A DNA stretch of 43,531 nucleotides, taken from positions 132,173-175,703 of the forward strand of contig JBBDJP010000001.1 in the NCBI GenBank assembly GCA_040879805.1, written 5' to 3'. Below the pieces are notes generated by a model that did not search any database, was not told where the DNA came from, and was given only the letters and a program-made list of their open reading frames with translations. Numbering within the stretch: position 1 is the first letter of the stretch; each line of letters begins with the position of its first letter. The stretch is from Candidatus Pacearchaeota archaeon. Lineage in GTDB: Archaea > Nanobdellota > Nanobdellia > Pacearchaeales > GW2011-AR1. The position numbers were made by a program, and so were the translations under genes. Below, one piece after another: positions 8,868 through 17,695 of this stretch.

Positions 8868-10235
8868 ATGTTAGAAAAACTTGGAAATGTTTTGAGAAAA
8901 GCTACAGATAAGATAGCAAATGCCATATTTCTAGATAAAAATTTAGTTGATTCTATAATAAAAGATTTACAAAGGGCTTTGATTGAGGCAGATGTTAATG
9001 TCTCTCTTGTAAAAAATTTAAGCGATAAGATTCGAAAAGTAGCAATGAATGAGAGAATAAAAGAAATAGATAAAAAAGAACATTTAATCAAACTTCTTCA
9101 CGATGAACTCATAAAAATTCTTGGAGAGCATAAAACCCTGACATTGAAAAAGGGGAAAAAGGAACAAAACAGAATAATTCTTTTAGGTCTTTACGGAGCA
9201 GGAAAAACGACTACTATTGCCAAATTAGGAAACTATTTTTCTAAAAGAGGTAATAAGGTTGCTTTAATAGGTTTAGATACTCAAAGACCTGCAGCTGCAG
9301 AACAATTAAAACAAATGGCTGATAAGCACAAAATTTCTTGCTTTATAGAGCCTGAAGGAAAAGATCCTCTGAATTTATGGAAAAAATATGAAAAAGAACT
9401 AAAAGATTATGAACTTGTCCTTATTGATACTGCAGGAAGGCACACTCTTGATAAATCCTTAATAAAGGAAATAAAATCTTTAGATAAGAAGATAAAACCA
9501 ACAGAGATAATTCTGGTTATGCCTGCAGACATTGGGCAAGCTGCAAAGAAACAAGCAAAAGAATTCATGGAAGCAGTTAATATCTCAGGAGTTATAATTA
9601 CAAGAATGGATTCAACTGCAAAAGGAGGTGGGGCTCTGACTGCCTGTGCTGAAACTAAGGCTCCTGTCTACTTCATAACAACTGGAGAAAGAATAAATGA
9701 CATTGAAAAATTTGATCCCGAATCATTTCTCTCAAGATTGCTTGGAATGGGTGATCTAAAAACACTTCTGGAAAAAATAAAATCTGTAACAGGGGAAAGC
9801 CAAGAAGAGACTCTTAAAAAAATTCAGGAGGAAGGGAAAATTCCTTTAGAAAGCGTCATTGAACAAGTTAAATCCATGAACCAATTAGGGGGGCTAGATA
9901 AAATAAAATCTATGGTTCCGGGCCTTGGGAAAGCCAAAATACCTGAAAATATTTTACAAAACCAGGAAGAAAAAATCTCAAAATGGGAACACATTCTTAG
10001 ATCCATGACCTCAAAAGAAAAAGAAAACCCTGAACTGCTAGAAAAACAAACTTCCAGAATTTCTAGGATTGCAAAAGGTTCTGGAGTCCACACTAGTGAT
10101 GTCAGATCACTTTTAAAACAATACAAACTCCTAAACGAAATGGTTAAATCTGGAGCTGGAGATATGTCCCAAGGACTTAGTCAAAAACAAATTCAAAAAC
10201 TCGCTAAGAAATTTGGTAGGAAGATGAAATTTTAA
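8868..10235 (+). CDS. srp54: Signal recognition particle protein SRP54
   Basis: ALIEADV, GLYGAGKTTT, DTAGR, RLLGMGD, M-domain SMT..E and RIAKGSG. Confidence 0.97.
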   Translation: MLEKLGNVLRKATDKIANAIFLDKNLVDSIIKDLQRALIEADVNVSLVKNLSDKIRKVAMNERIKEIDKKEHLIKLLHDELIKILGEHKTLTLKKGKKEQNRIILLGLYGAGKTTTIAKLGNYFSKRGNKVALIGLDTQRPAAAEQLKQMADKHKISCFIEPEGKDPLNLWKKYEKELKDYELVLIDTAGRHTLDKSLIKEIKSLDKKIKPTEIILVMPADIGQAAKKQAKEFMEAVNISGVIITRMDSTAKGGGALTACAETKAPVYFITTGERINDIEKFDPESFLSRLLGMGDLKTLLEKIKSVTGESQEETLKKIQEEGKIPLESVIEQVKSMNQLGGLDKIKSMVPGLGKAKIPENILQNQEEKISKWEHILRSMTSKEKENPELLEKQTSRISRIAKGSGVHTSDVRSLLKQYKLLNEMVKSGAGDMSQGLSQKQIQKLAKKFGRKMKF

Positions 10236-10257
10236 TTTTTGTTGATTAAAAATAATT

Positions 10258-10830
10258 TTAGAGAGGAGTTCTAAGACCGATTGAAAATTCCCACCCTGCA
10301 ATATCTAATTCTTCTCCAGAAATAGATCTGTATAAAACCTCTGTATAAATTTTCTCTCCATTACCAATATTAAAATCAACTCCTCCACCTAAAATGATTC
10401 CAACATCTTGACCACTAAAACTTCTTTCCTCCAAAGACTCTCTTGCTTGAACAAATGAAAATCCTGCTTTTGCATATCCTGCTCCAGTACCTTTTTTATC
10501 TTGTGCAACATAATGAATTGCTCCAGTAAATGGAATTATCCTCGCCTTCCTTTCTTCACTTGAACTCCAATTATATCCAACTCCTGCTTCTATCCTAAAG
10601 TTGTTTTTCAATTCTTTAAGAGACTCTATTCTAAGACCTAAAAAAGATCCATACTCATCCCTGATGGCTTCACTCTCATCAGAATATAAGGATCCTCCTC
10701 CAGAAATATAAATATCTTTAGTTGAATTATTATTGTATTGGGTCTGGCCATTTACAGAATTAGGAAATATCATTGCACCCGAAATAAGAACTGGAGTCAC
10801 AACCTTCTTAATAAGCCCCTTAAAGTCCAT
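10258..10830 (-). CDS. Secreted protein resembling an 8-stranded outer-membrane beta-barrel (OmpA/OmpW-like)
   Basis: N-terminal signal-like segment, then alternating Gly/aromatic amphipathic strands (IEAGVGY, YAKAGFSF, GIILGGGVDF, IYTEVLY, WEFSIGLR). Confidence 0.65.
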   Translation of the reverse strand: MDFKGLIKKVVTPVLISGAMIFPNSVNGQTQYNNNSTKDIYISGGGSLYSDESEAIRDEYGSFLGLRIESLKELKNNFRIEAGVGYNWSSSEERKARIIPFTGAIHYVAQDKKGTGAGYAKAGFSFVQARESLEERSFSGQDVGIILGGGVDFNIGNGEKIYTEVLYRSISGEELDIAGWEFSIGLRTPL

Positions 10831-10930
10831 AAAAGAATTATAAAATTAAAACTTATAAAGTTTCTTGTAATTTAAAATACAATTTTTAACAAATATAAAG
10901 GCTTAAAAAATCTGGGCTCTTATTGAAAAA

Positions 10931-11344
10931 ATGAAATCAAAACAAAAATATATAATCCTCTTAATTTTAACTCTAATTTCCTTGGTTAGTTCCATTATTC
11001 TTTCACTACCCACTGAATCTTCAGATTATTGTTCTTTTGGAGAAGAAGGAGGCTGTGACATTGTCCATGGATCAAAATATAATTACACTTTAGGCATACA
11101 AAACAGCTATTTTGGAATAATAATCTTTTCTTTCCTATTCTTACTAATCTATTCACAAATAAAAAACCCCTCAAAAAATAAAGAAAATTCCATAAATTTC
11201 CTAATAATTTTTGGCTCATTAATTGCATTGTACTTCCTGTATATACAACATTTCGTATTAAACTCTTATTGTACTTATTGTATCATTACTGATTTTAGCC
11301 TGCTAATCTCACTAGGAATTATTATTTGGAAGTGGAACAAATGA
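10931..11344 (+). CDS. Vitamin K epoxide reductase (VKOR) family protein
   Basis: 4 TMs, loop Cys pair YCSFGEEGGCD, S-x-Y, active-site YCTYC. Confidence 0.92.
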   Translation: MKSKQKYIILLILTLISLVSSIILSLPTESSDYCSFGEEGGCDIVHGSKYNYTLGIQNSYFGIIIFSFLFLLIYSQIKNPSKNKENSINFLIIFGSLIALYFLYIQHFVLNSYCTYCIITDFSLLISLGIIIWKWNK

Positions 11345-11976
11345 TTCTAAAAAAACCAAAATTAATTGCAGAAGGTGCGGAAGCACAAATTTTTCTAAAT
11401 AATGAAAATAAAATAATCAAAAAACGACAGAAAAAATCTTATAGGCACCCTAAGATTGATGAGAAAATCAGAAAACTAAGGACAAGATCTGAAGGAAAAA
11501 TTTTAGAAAAAGCATCAAAAATTATTAGTGTCCCAAAAATAATTCTATCAAATGAAATTGAAAAAGAGATCATCATGGAATTTATTAAAGAGGAAAAACT
11601 TTCCAAAAATCTTAATTCATTCACCTTGAAAAAGCAAAGAGAAATTTTTGAATTGATGGGAGAAAACATTGCAAAACTACATAAAGAAAATATAATTCAT
11701 GGAGACCTCACAACAAGTAATATGATTTTTGTTAAGGATAAAAATAAATTGTTCTTTCTAGATTTTGGTCTTGGATTTATCTCAAAAAAGATTGAAGATA
11801 AATCTGTTGATCTCCATTTATTGAAGCAGGCTCTTGAAGCAAAACATTATAAAAATTGGAAAACGCTTTTTGAAGAAGTCTCAAAGGGTTACAATAAAAC
11901 AATTGGGCAAAAAGAATTTAGAAAAATCTTAGACAGAATGAATGCTGTTGAAAAAAGAAGAAGGTATAGAAACTAA
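11341..11976 (+). CDS. bud32: KEOPS complex kinase Bud32
   Basis: GAEA, KSYRHP, RTRSE, HGDLTTSN, DFGL, RRRY; ATG 11341 overlaps the VKOR stop (ATGA). Confidence 0.95.
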   Translation: MILKKPKLIAEGAEAQIFLNNENKIIKKRQKKSYRHPKIDEKIRKLRTRSEGKILEKASKIISVPKIILSNEIEKEIIMEFIKEEKLSKNLNSFTLKKQREIFELMGENIAKLHKENIIHGDLTTSNMIFVKDKNKLFFLDFGLGFISKKIEDKSVDLHLLKQALEAKHYKNWKTLFEEVSKGYNKTIGQKEFRKILDRMNAVEKRRRYRN

Positions 11977-12146
11977 CCCAAATTTTTAATATATAAATCT
12001 GAAAATAAATCTTGCTTATCTCCGAAAAAAGTGTCAATTGACCTGGAGACATAATTAAAATCCGAATAGCTTCTTTAAAAAAATTTATTTCTTGGAAAAC
12101 ACGTTTCAGAAACCCTTATAAATTAATTTTATGTCTTTTTCTTGTC

Positions 12147-12219
12147 AGCCCCATAGTACAGTGGTCAAGTATACATGGTTTTGGGCCATGAGACCCAGGT
12201 TCGAATCCTGGTGGGGCTA
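12147..12219 (+). tRNA. tRNA-Gln(TTG)
   Basis: AGCCCCA/TGGGGCT acceptor (A1-U72 typical of archaeal Gln), CATGG-TTTTGGG-CCATG anticodon arm, CCAGG-TTCGAAT-CCTGG T arm. Confidence 0.95.
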
Positions 12220-12222
12220 TCA

Positions 12223-13014
12223 TCAAAATCTTCTCGTATAAAATATATCTCTGTTGATTTCATGTCTCTTTGGAGTAAGCTTTCTAAAAAATTCTGTTAA
12301 TCTTTTTTGTTTGTACTTTTCTCCAATAAGAACTCCTGCAAGCTTTTTATACTCCATACTCCCTTTGGCTTTTGGTTTGTGAAAAGGATAAGGTTCCATC
12401 TTAGACAATGCTTTTAGAACATTTATATCATAAGGGATCACGGCAAGAACCGGTACTTCCAAAGTTTCCTCAATATCTTCTATAGGAATCTCAAAATTTC
12501 TATCATGAACTTTATTAAGAATTAATCCTGAAATAGGTGTGCCTCTCTGTTTAGCTAATTTTATTGCCTTAATTGTTGCACTTAATGTAGAATGGTCTGG
12601 AGTAGTAACTACAATAATTTCATCTGAAGCAAGCATTACTGCAAGAGTCTCTTCATCTAAGGAAGGAGATGAGTCTATTACTATTATGTCATATGTTTTT
12701 TTTAGACCCTTGATCCTGTCTTTCAACTTTAAAGGATTTACTTTTTTGTTCCTAAATATCGATGAAGGCATTATATGAAAATGACCTAAATCATGGATTG
12801 CATCTTTAGTCCTTGCAGACCTATCTAAAACATGGTGCAAAGTTTTTTCAGGATTTACAACATTAAGATGGAGTCCTAGACTAGGGGAAGAAAGATTCCC
12901 ATCAACTAAGAGTGTCTTTTTTCCAAACTCTGAAAACGCCGCACCAAGAGAAGAAACAACACTTGTTTTTCCCACACCCCCTTTTAAACTAACTATCCCA
13001 ATGGTTTTTGCCAT
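12223..13014 (-). CDS. minD: MinD/ParA family ATPase
   Basis: Deviant Walker A KGGVGKT, LLVDGN, IDSSP, ILNK; C-terminal amphipathic RLTEFFRKL. Confidence 0.85.
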   Translation of the reverse strand: MAKTIGIVSLKGGVGKTSVVSSLGAAFSEFGKKTLLVDGNLSSPSLGLHLNVVNPEKTLHHVLDRSARTKDAIHDLGHFHIMPSSIFRNKKVNPLKLKDRIKGLKKTYDIIVIDSSPSLDEETLAVMLASDEIIVVTTPDHSTLSATIKAIKLAKQRGTPISGLILNKVHDRNFEIPIEDIEETLEVPVLAVIPYDINVLKALSKMEPYPFHKPKAKGSMEYKKLAGVLIGEKYKQKRLTEFFRKLTPKRHEINRDIFYTRRF

Positions 13015-13106
13015 AAAATTTATACAATTTTAGTGTTTAAAATATTTTACTTTTATTAATACTAGATGCACGCAAAGTTTAAAAACAAATTCAAATATCT
13101 TAAAGC

Positions 13107-13463
13107 ATGGTTGAGAAAAAAGAAAAGCAAAAAAAAGATAAAAAAGCAAAAAAACCATCTCTTGCAGAATTTGAAAAGAAAGTTTTGAAACTTGCAAATG
13201 AAGGGCTAACAAGTGAAAAAATTGGTGAAAAACTCAAAAAAGAAGGAATTCATTCCAAAGAATATGATAAAAAGATTTCTAAAATCCTGAAAGAAAAAGA
13301 AAATTATGTAAATCCTGACTTAAAAAATATGGAAGAAAAAATCAATAAAATTAAAGAACATTTTGAAAAAAATAGACAGGATAAGAAATCAATGCGAAAT
13401 AGGGATAAAAATTTTTCCAGACTGAGAAAACTTAAGAAATACCATAAAAAGGCATTAAAATAA
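13107..13463 (+). CDS. rps15: 30S ribosomal protein S15 (uS15/S13e), shortened
   Basis: VLKLANEGLTSEKIG, KISKIL, PDL..., HFEKNRQDK, RLRKLKKYH; adjacent to a DHH gene as in many archaea. Confidence 0.85.
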   Translation: MVEKKEKQKKDKKAKKPSLAEFEKKVLKLANEGLTSEKIGEKLKKEGIHSKEYDKKISKILKEKENYVNPDLKNMEEKINKIKEHFEKNRQDKKSMRNRDKNFSRLRKLKKYHKKALK

Positions 13464-13532
13464 TCTAATATTTTAGAAAATCTTTAATAGTAATTTGATT
13501 TTATTTAATTCAAAAATAATAAAGAGGTTAAT

Positions 13533-14879
13533 ATGAAAAATAAATTTGAAGAAAAATCGTTGGAAAAAAGTATCAAGGAAGTTTCAGAAAATTTTCTTGC
13601 AAAAACTAAAAATAAGGAAATTTACTTGGTCAGTCATTTTGATACTGATGGAATAACTTCTGCAGCAATAATGATTAAAGGACTTAAGAGGTTGGATAGA
13701 AAGTTTTCTGTCAAAATAGTAAAATCTCTTGAAGAAAAATTCATAAAAAATCTTCCAAAGGATAAAGTTATTTTATTCCTTGATCTTGCATCTGGTGCAT
13801 TGGATTATATAAAAGAAGGTGGTTTTGATGAAGTTTTTATTATCGATCATCACGAAGTAGATCAGGAAGTCCCTAAAAATGTTGAAATAATAAATCCTTG
13901 GTTTAATGATAAGGAAAAAATAAGTACTGCAGGATTAGTCTATCTTTTCTGCAAAGAAATAAATTCTAGAAATAAGGATCTTGCAAAACTAGCTGTTCTT
14001 GGGATGATTGGAGATCTTATGGAGGACCATTTAGAGGATTTAGATATGGAAATATTTAAGGAAAGTGATGTAAAGACAAAAAAAGGTCTTCTTTTATATC
14101 CTTCAACAAGGCCTATAAATAGAACTTTAGAATATAGTTCAAATCCTTACATTCCAGGAGTTACAGGGAATTCCCAGGGAGTTCTTGAGCTTATAAGAGA
14201 ATCTGGAATAAATCCTGAAAATGGGAGATATAAATGTCTCTTAGAATTAGATGATAATGAAATGAAAAAGTTAACTACTGCCATAATGTTAAGAAACCCT
14301 AAATCAAGTAGAAATATAATTGGAAATATTTACCTTTTAAAATTCTTCAATAAATTAGAGGATGCAAGAGAGTTAAGCGCCATGATTAATGCATGCTCAA
14401 GACTTGGAAATAGTGGTGTTGCACTTAGATTTTGTTTGGAAGTTCCACAAGCAAAAAAAGAGGCTGGGGAAATTCATGCAAAATACAAACAACACATAAT
14501 CTCTGGATTGGAAACTGTTTCTGAAATAGATAAAATAAAAGGAGATGGATTCATAATAATAAATGCTCAAGATAAAATAAAAGATACCATAATTGGAACT
14601 ATCGCAAGTATACTTTCTAACTCTCCAGAATATAAAGAAGGAACAGTTATAACTACAATGGCATATTATGAACAAAAAATCAAAATATCTGCCAGAATTT
14701 GTGGGCGAGAAGATAATGGAAGAAATTTGAGGGAGGTTCTTGGAAAAGTCATCAATGAAATAGGTGGAGAGGTGGGGGGCCACAAATTTGCTGCAGGAGG
14801 CATAATAACAAAGGATAAAGAAGAAGATTTCATTGAAATTTTGAAAAAAAATTTCGAAGTTGAAACTGTGAAGGTTTGA
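13533..14879 (+). CDS. DHH phosphoesterase, RecJ/Cdc45-like nuclease
   Basis: HFDTDG, LDL, DHH, IGD, INACSR, SAR, GGHKFAAG (DHHA1). Confidence 0.92.
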   Translation: MKNKFEEKSLEKSIKEVSENFLAKTKNKEIYLVSHFDTDGITSAAIMIKGLKRLDRKFSVKIVKSLEEKFIKNLPKDKVILFLDLASGALDYIKEGGFDEVFIIDHHEVDQEVPKNVEIINPWFNDKEKISTAGLVYLFCKEINSRNKDLAKLAVLGMIGDLMEDHLEDLDMEIFKESDVKTKKGLLLYPSTRPINRTLEYSSNPYIPGVTGNSQGVLELIRESGINPENGRYKCLLELDDNEMKKLTTAIMLRNPKSSRNIIGNIYLLKFFNKLEDARELSAMINACSRLGNSGVALRFCLEVPQAKKEAGEIHAKYKQHIISGLETVSEIDKIKGDGFIIINAQDKIKDTIIGTIASILSNSPEYKEGTVITTMAYYEQKIKISARICGREDNGRNLREVLGKVINEIGGEVGGHKFAAGGIITKDKEEDFIEILKKNFEVETVKV

Positions 14880-14930
14880 TTGAATTACTTTACCCCAAAC
14901 CCTTAAAAATAAGCCAGATTACTTATTCTT

Positions 14931-15656
14931 ATGGAAACAAATCTTGAGGAAGGAGACATCGTCCTGTGCACAGTAGACAGGATAATTGGAACAAACGTTT
15001 TTGTAAAAATTCCCTATGAGGGTAAGGAATTAGAAGGGACTCTAACATTTAGTGAGATCTCTCCAGGAAGAATAAGAAATATTAGAGATTATGTTGTCCC
15101 AAAAAAAATTATTGTTTGTAAGATTTTAAGAATTTCTGGAGATAGGATTGATTTAACTTTCAGAAGAGTTACTCAAGAAGAACGGAAAAAAACTAAGGAA
15201 AAAGCTAAAGAAGAAAAGAGCTATGAAAAAATATTAAAAGGAATTCTTGGAGAAAAGGGAAATTCTGTGGCAAAAGAAATTTCTGAGAAAGAAAAAATCT
15301 ACACTTTCTTGGAAAGAGCTAAAGAAAATCCGAAAGAACTTGAAAAGCTCATCGGAAAGAGTGATACTAAAAAGGTCATGGAAATTATTAATTCTCAAAA
15401 AAAGAATAAATCTATTATTAAAAAGTACATTCGCCTAACAAGTTTAGAAAATGATGGATTAGATATCTTAAAAAAATTATTTAAAGACACTAAAGGCATT
15501 GAGATAAAATACCTTTCCTCAGGAGAGTATTCTCTCAAAAAAGAATCTGAGGATTTAAAGAAATTAGATAAAGAATTTGACATTATTCTTAAAAAATTGG
15601 AAGAAAAGGCAAAAAAGGAAGGAATCCAATTCCAAATTGTAAAAAATAAACACTAA
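14931..15656 (+). CDS. eif2a: Translation initiation factor aIF2 alpha subunit
   Basis: S1 domain EEGDIVLCTV, SEISPGRIRNIRD, IDLTFRRV. Confidence 0.9.
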   Translation: METNLEEGDIVLCTVDRIIGTNVFVKIPYEGKELEGTLTFSEISPGRIRNIRDYVVPKKIIVCKILRISGDRIDLTFRRVTQEERKKTKEKAKEEKSYEKILKGILGEKGNSVAKEISEKEKIYTFLERAKENPKELEKLIGKSDTKKVMEIINSQKKNKSIIKKYIRLTSLENDGLDILKKLFKDTKGIEIKYLSSGEYSLKKESEDLKKLDKEFDIILKKLEEKAKKEGIQFQIVKNKH

Positions 15657-15759
15657 TTCTTTGGTTGTCATTCCAAAAAAGTAAAAAATTCCCTTTGTTT
15701 TTAATGACTATTTGTTAGGGAAACATAAAACTTAAAAGCAAGATTGATTATTTTTTCTT

Positions 15760-16179
15760 ATGGGAGTTAATAAAGAATCAGATCAGTTTAAAGTTGCCTT
15801 ATTGGGAGTAATTTTTGACCCTGAAAAGAAAAAAATCTTGATTGGGCGGAGGGAAAATGACCCTCATATTCCAAAACTTACATGGAGCTTTCCTGGAGGA
15901 AAATTAACTTTAGGAAGAGATGTAGAAAAAGCACTTAAAGATAAAATAAAAAGAAAAACAGGACTTTCAATTGAAAATCTTGGTTCAATATATTCTAGAA
16001 CCCCTCCTGAAAAAAAAGACTTGCTCTTGATATATTTTTTATGTGAGGTTGTAAAGGGAAATGAAAAAGCAGGAGATGATTTTCTTGAGTTAAAGTGGGT
16101 CAGACCTGAAGAATTGGAAAAATATTTTACGACTTCTTTCCACCCTCATATGAAAGAATATATATTGAACCTTAAGTAA
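15760..16179 (+). CDS. NUDIX-fold protein with degenerate Nudix box
   Basis: KILIGRR, WSFPGG, TGL, ELKWV; conserved Nudix-box Glu positions are Lys/Arg. Confidence 0.85.
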   Translation: MGVNKESDQFKVALLGVIFDPEKKKILIGRRENDPHIPKLTWSFPGGKLTLGRDVEKALKDKIKRKTGLSIENLGSIYSRTPPEKKDLLLIYFLCEVVKGNEKAGDDFLELKWVRPEELEKYFTTSFHPHMKEYILNLK

Positions 16180-16728
16180 TTAACATCTAATTTTAACCTT
16201 TTTTAAAGGATTTTTTAGGTTATATTTTTTTATAAAAACAGGTTTTCCTGATTTTTCAGCAAAATCAATTCCATATTGAACTCCCTTAGAATTATTTACA
16301 TGGAATGCAAAGACATCATTACTTGCCATTACGATTTTTTCAATTCTTGCATAATAGCTCCTTTTATCCACTTCAACATTTTTTGGCCCTTCAATAATAG
16401 CGTTTGGATTTACTTCATAAACTTTCTCCAATTGGTTTACTAATTTATTTGCTTGAGTTTCTGTTATAATTCCTTCCCTTGCTCTTTTAAAATAATGTCT
16501 AGAATAGTTCTCTAAAGATGTTGGGAGAAAAATCTTTAAATTGTCTACAACAGGTCTCTGGTTAATATCCTTTAAAACCGTTTTTGTTGCAATATAATCA
16601 ACTCCTAAAGCTCCTCCTGTCACAATACCCTCTCCAAGTAAAACAATATTTTCAACAGCTTTTATAACATCTCTCTCTATCTTTTTACTTGTGTTTCTCC
16701 AAGAACCTGTAATCGCATGCCATTTCAT
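16180..16728 (-). CDS. SLOG superfamily protein (DprA/YpsA/LOG-like)
   Basis: AITGS.R, VTGGALGVD, YYAR..IV, SKG..YGIDFA. Confidence 0.75.
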   Translation of the reverse strand: MKWHAITGSWRNTSKKIERDVIKAVENIVLLGEGIVTGGALGVDYIATKTVLKDINQRPVVDNLKIFLPTSLENYSRHYFKRAREGIITETQANKLVNQLEKVYEVNPNAIIEGPKNVEVDKRSYYARIEKIVMASNDVFAFHVNNSKGVQYGIDFAEKSGKPVFIKKYNLKNPLKKVKIRC

Positions 16729-16749
16729 AAAAAAGCTAAAAAATAAAGG

Positions 16750-16758
16750 TATTTAAAA
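16750..16758. promoter_or_regulatory. Putative bidirectional TATA element
   Basis: TATTTAAAA lies ~21-29 nt from both divergent ATGs (16728 and 16779). Confidence 0.45.
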
Positions 16759-16778
16759 TTAAGTAACTTGAAAATTGA

Positions 16779-16928
16779 ATGAAACTCAGTAAATGCTCTT
16801 CCTGTAAAATTTACACTCTAAAAAAAACTTGTTCAAAATGTAATAAAAAAACAGATGATGCTCACTATAAATTTATTCAAAAGAATCAAAAAATTAGGTT
16901 AAAGTCTTCTGCTGAATCTCACTCTTAA
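16779..16928 (+). CDS. nop10: Nop10-like zinc-ribbon protein (49 aa)
   Basis: Manual translation MKLSKCSSCKIYTLKKTCSKCNKKTDDAHYKF...; matches Nop10 KC-x2-C-x2-YTLK-x2-C-x2-C-x3-T-x2-AH; close to aIF2-alpha. Confidence 0.8.
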   Translation: MKLSKCSSCKIYTLKKTCSKCNKKTDDAHYKFIQKNQKIRLKSSAESHS

Positions 16929-17481
16929 CAATCTCCATATCTTTTTCCCAAAGAGGTGTTAGCTTATTCCTATTGTAGATTATTGCTGCCGGATGAAACA
17001 AAGGAATCAATTTTATTTTCAATCCGTAAAAATCAATCATTTTTACTTTCCCATGGACTTGTGTAATTCCGGGTATGCCCTTCATCTTATCAACATTCCC
17101 ATCAGCCAAGAAAAATTTCGTAGCATAATTTCCAAGAGAACAAATAACTTTTGGCTTTATTTTTTTTATTTGTTCAACTAACCAGGGAGTATGTGCTTTG
17201 ATTTCTTCAGGTAAAGGATCTCTGTTTTCTGGCGGCCTACACTTGAGAATATTTGCAACATATACATTGTCCAAACTAAGTCCGACTTTTTCTAAAAGCT
17301 TATCTAGATTTTTCCCTGCAGCCCCAACAAACGGAAGTCCTTGTTCATCTTCATTTCTTCCCGGAGCCTCTCCAACAAAAAGAATGTCTGCATCCAAATT
17401 TCCTTTACCTACGACAATATTTTTACAATTCTTACAAATCTCTGTTTCTTTAACCAATCTAATATATTCTGGTTCGGTCAT
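16894..17481 (-). CDS. udg: Uracil-DNA glycosylase family 4
   Basis: GEAPG, PFVGAAG, KCRPPENRDP, HPAA; start at ATG 17481. Confidence 0.95.
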   Translation of the reverse strand: MTEPEYIRLVKETEICKNCKNIVVGKGNLDADILFVGEAPGRNEDEQGLPFVGAAGKNLDKLLEKVGLSLDNVYVANILKCRPPENRDPLPEEIKAHTPWLVEQIKKIKPKVICSLGNYATKFFLADGNVDKMKGIPGITQVHGKVKMIDFYGLKIKLIPLFHPAAIIYNRNKLTPLWEKDMEIVKSEIQQKTLT

Positions 17482-17604
17482 AAAAAACAAAAGATTTTCT
17501 TGTTTTTAAAAATTTAGAACTATTTCTTTTCCCGAAAATTCTTTCCAAAGTATGCCTCTTCTAAAATTAAAATGATTTTAAATGATGAATTCCTTAAAAA
17601 GTTA

Positions 17605-17676
17605 GCTCTTATAGTTCAGAGGACAGAACGCGACCTTGCGGAGGTTGTAACCCAGGTTCGAATCCTGGTAAGGGCA
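17605..17676 (+). tRNA. tRNA-Arg(GCG)
   Basis: GCTCTTA/TAAGGGC acceptor, CGACC-TTGCGGA-GGTTG anticodon arm, CCAGG-TTCGAAT-CCTGG T arm, A20. Confidence 0.92.
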
Positions 17677-17695
17677 TCATTAATCTGTTTAATGT

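Noticed and set aside
8355-9439. Shared ATTGATACTGCAGGAAG in ftsY and srp54
   Set aside because: Encodes the conserved IDTAGR G3 motif of paralogous GTPases; not a mobile or regulatory repeat
11977-12146. 170-nt gap before tRNA-Gln considered for an ncRNA (e.g. SRP RNA) or small ORF
   Set aside because: AT-rich, no convincing stem structure or ORF; contains only the tRNA TATA-like element
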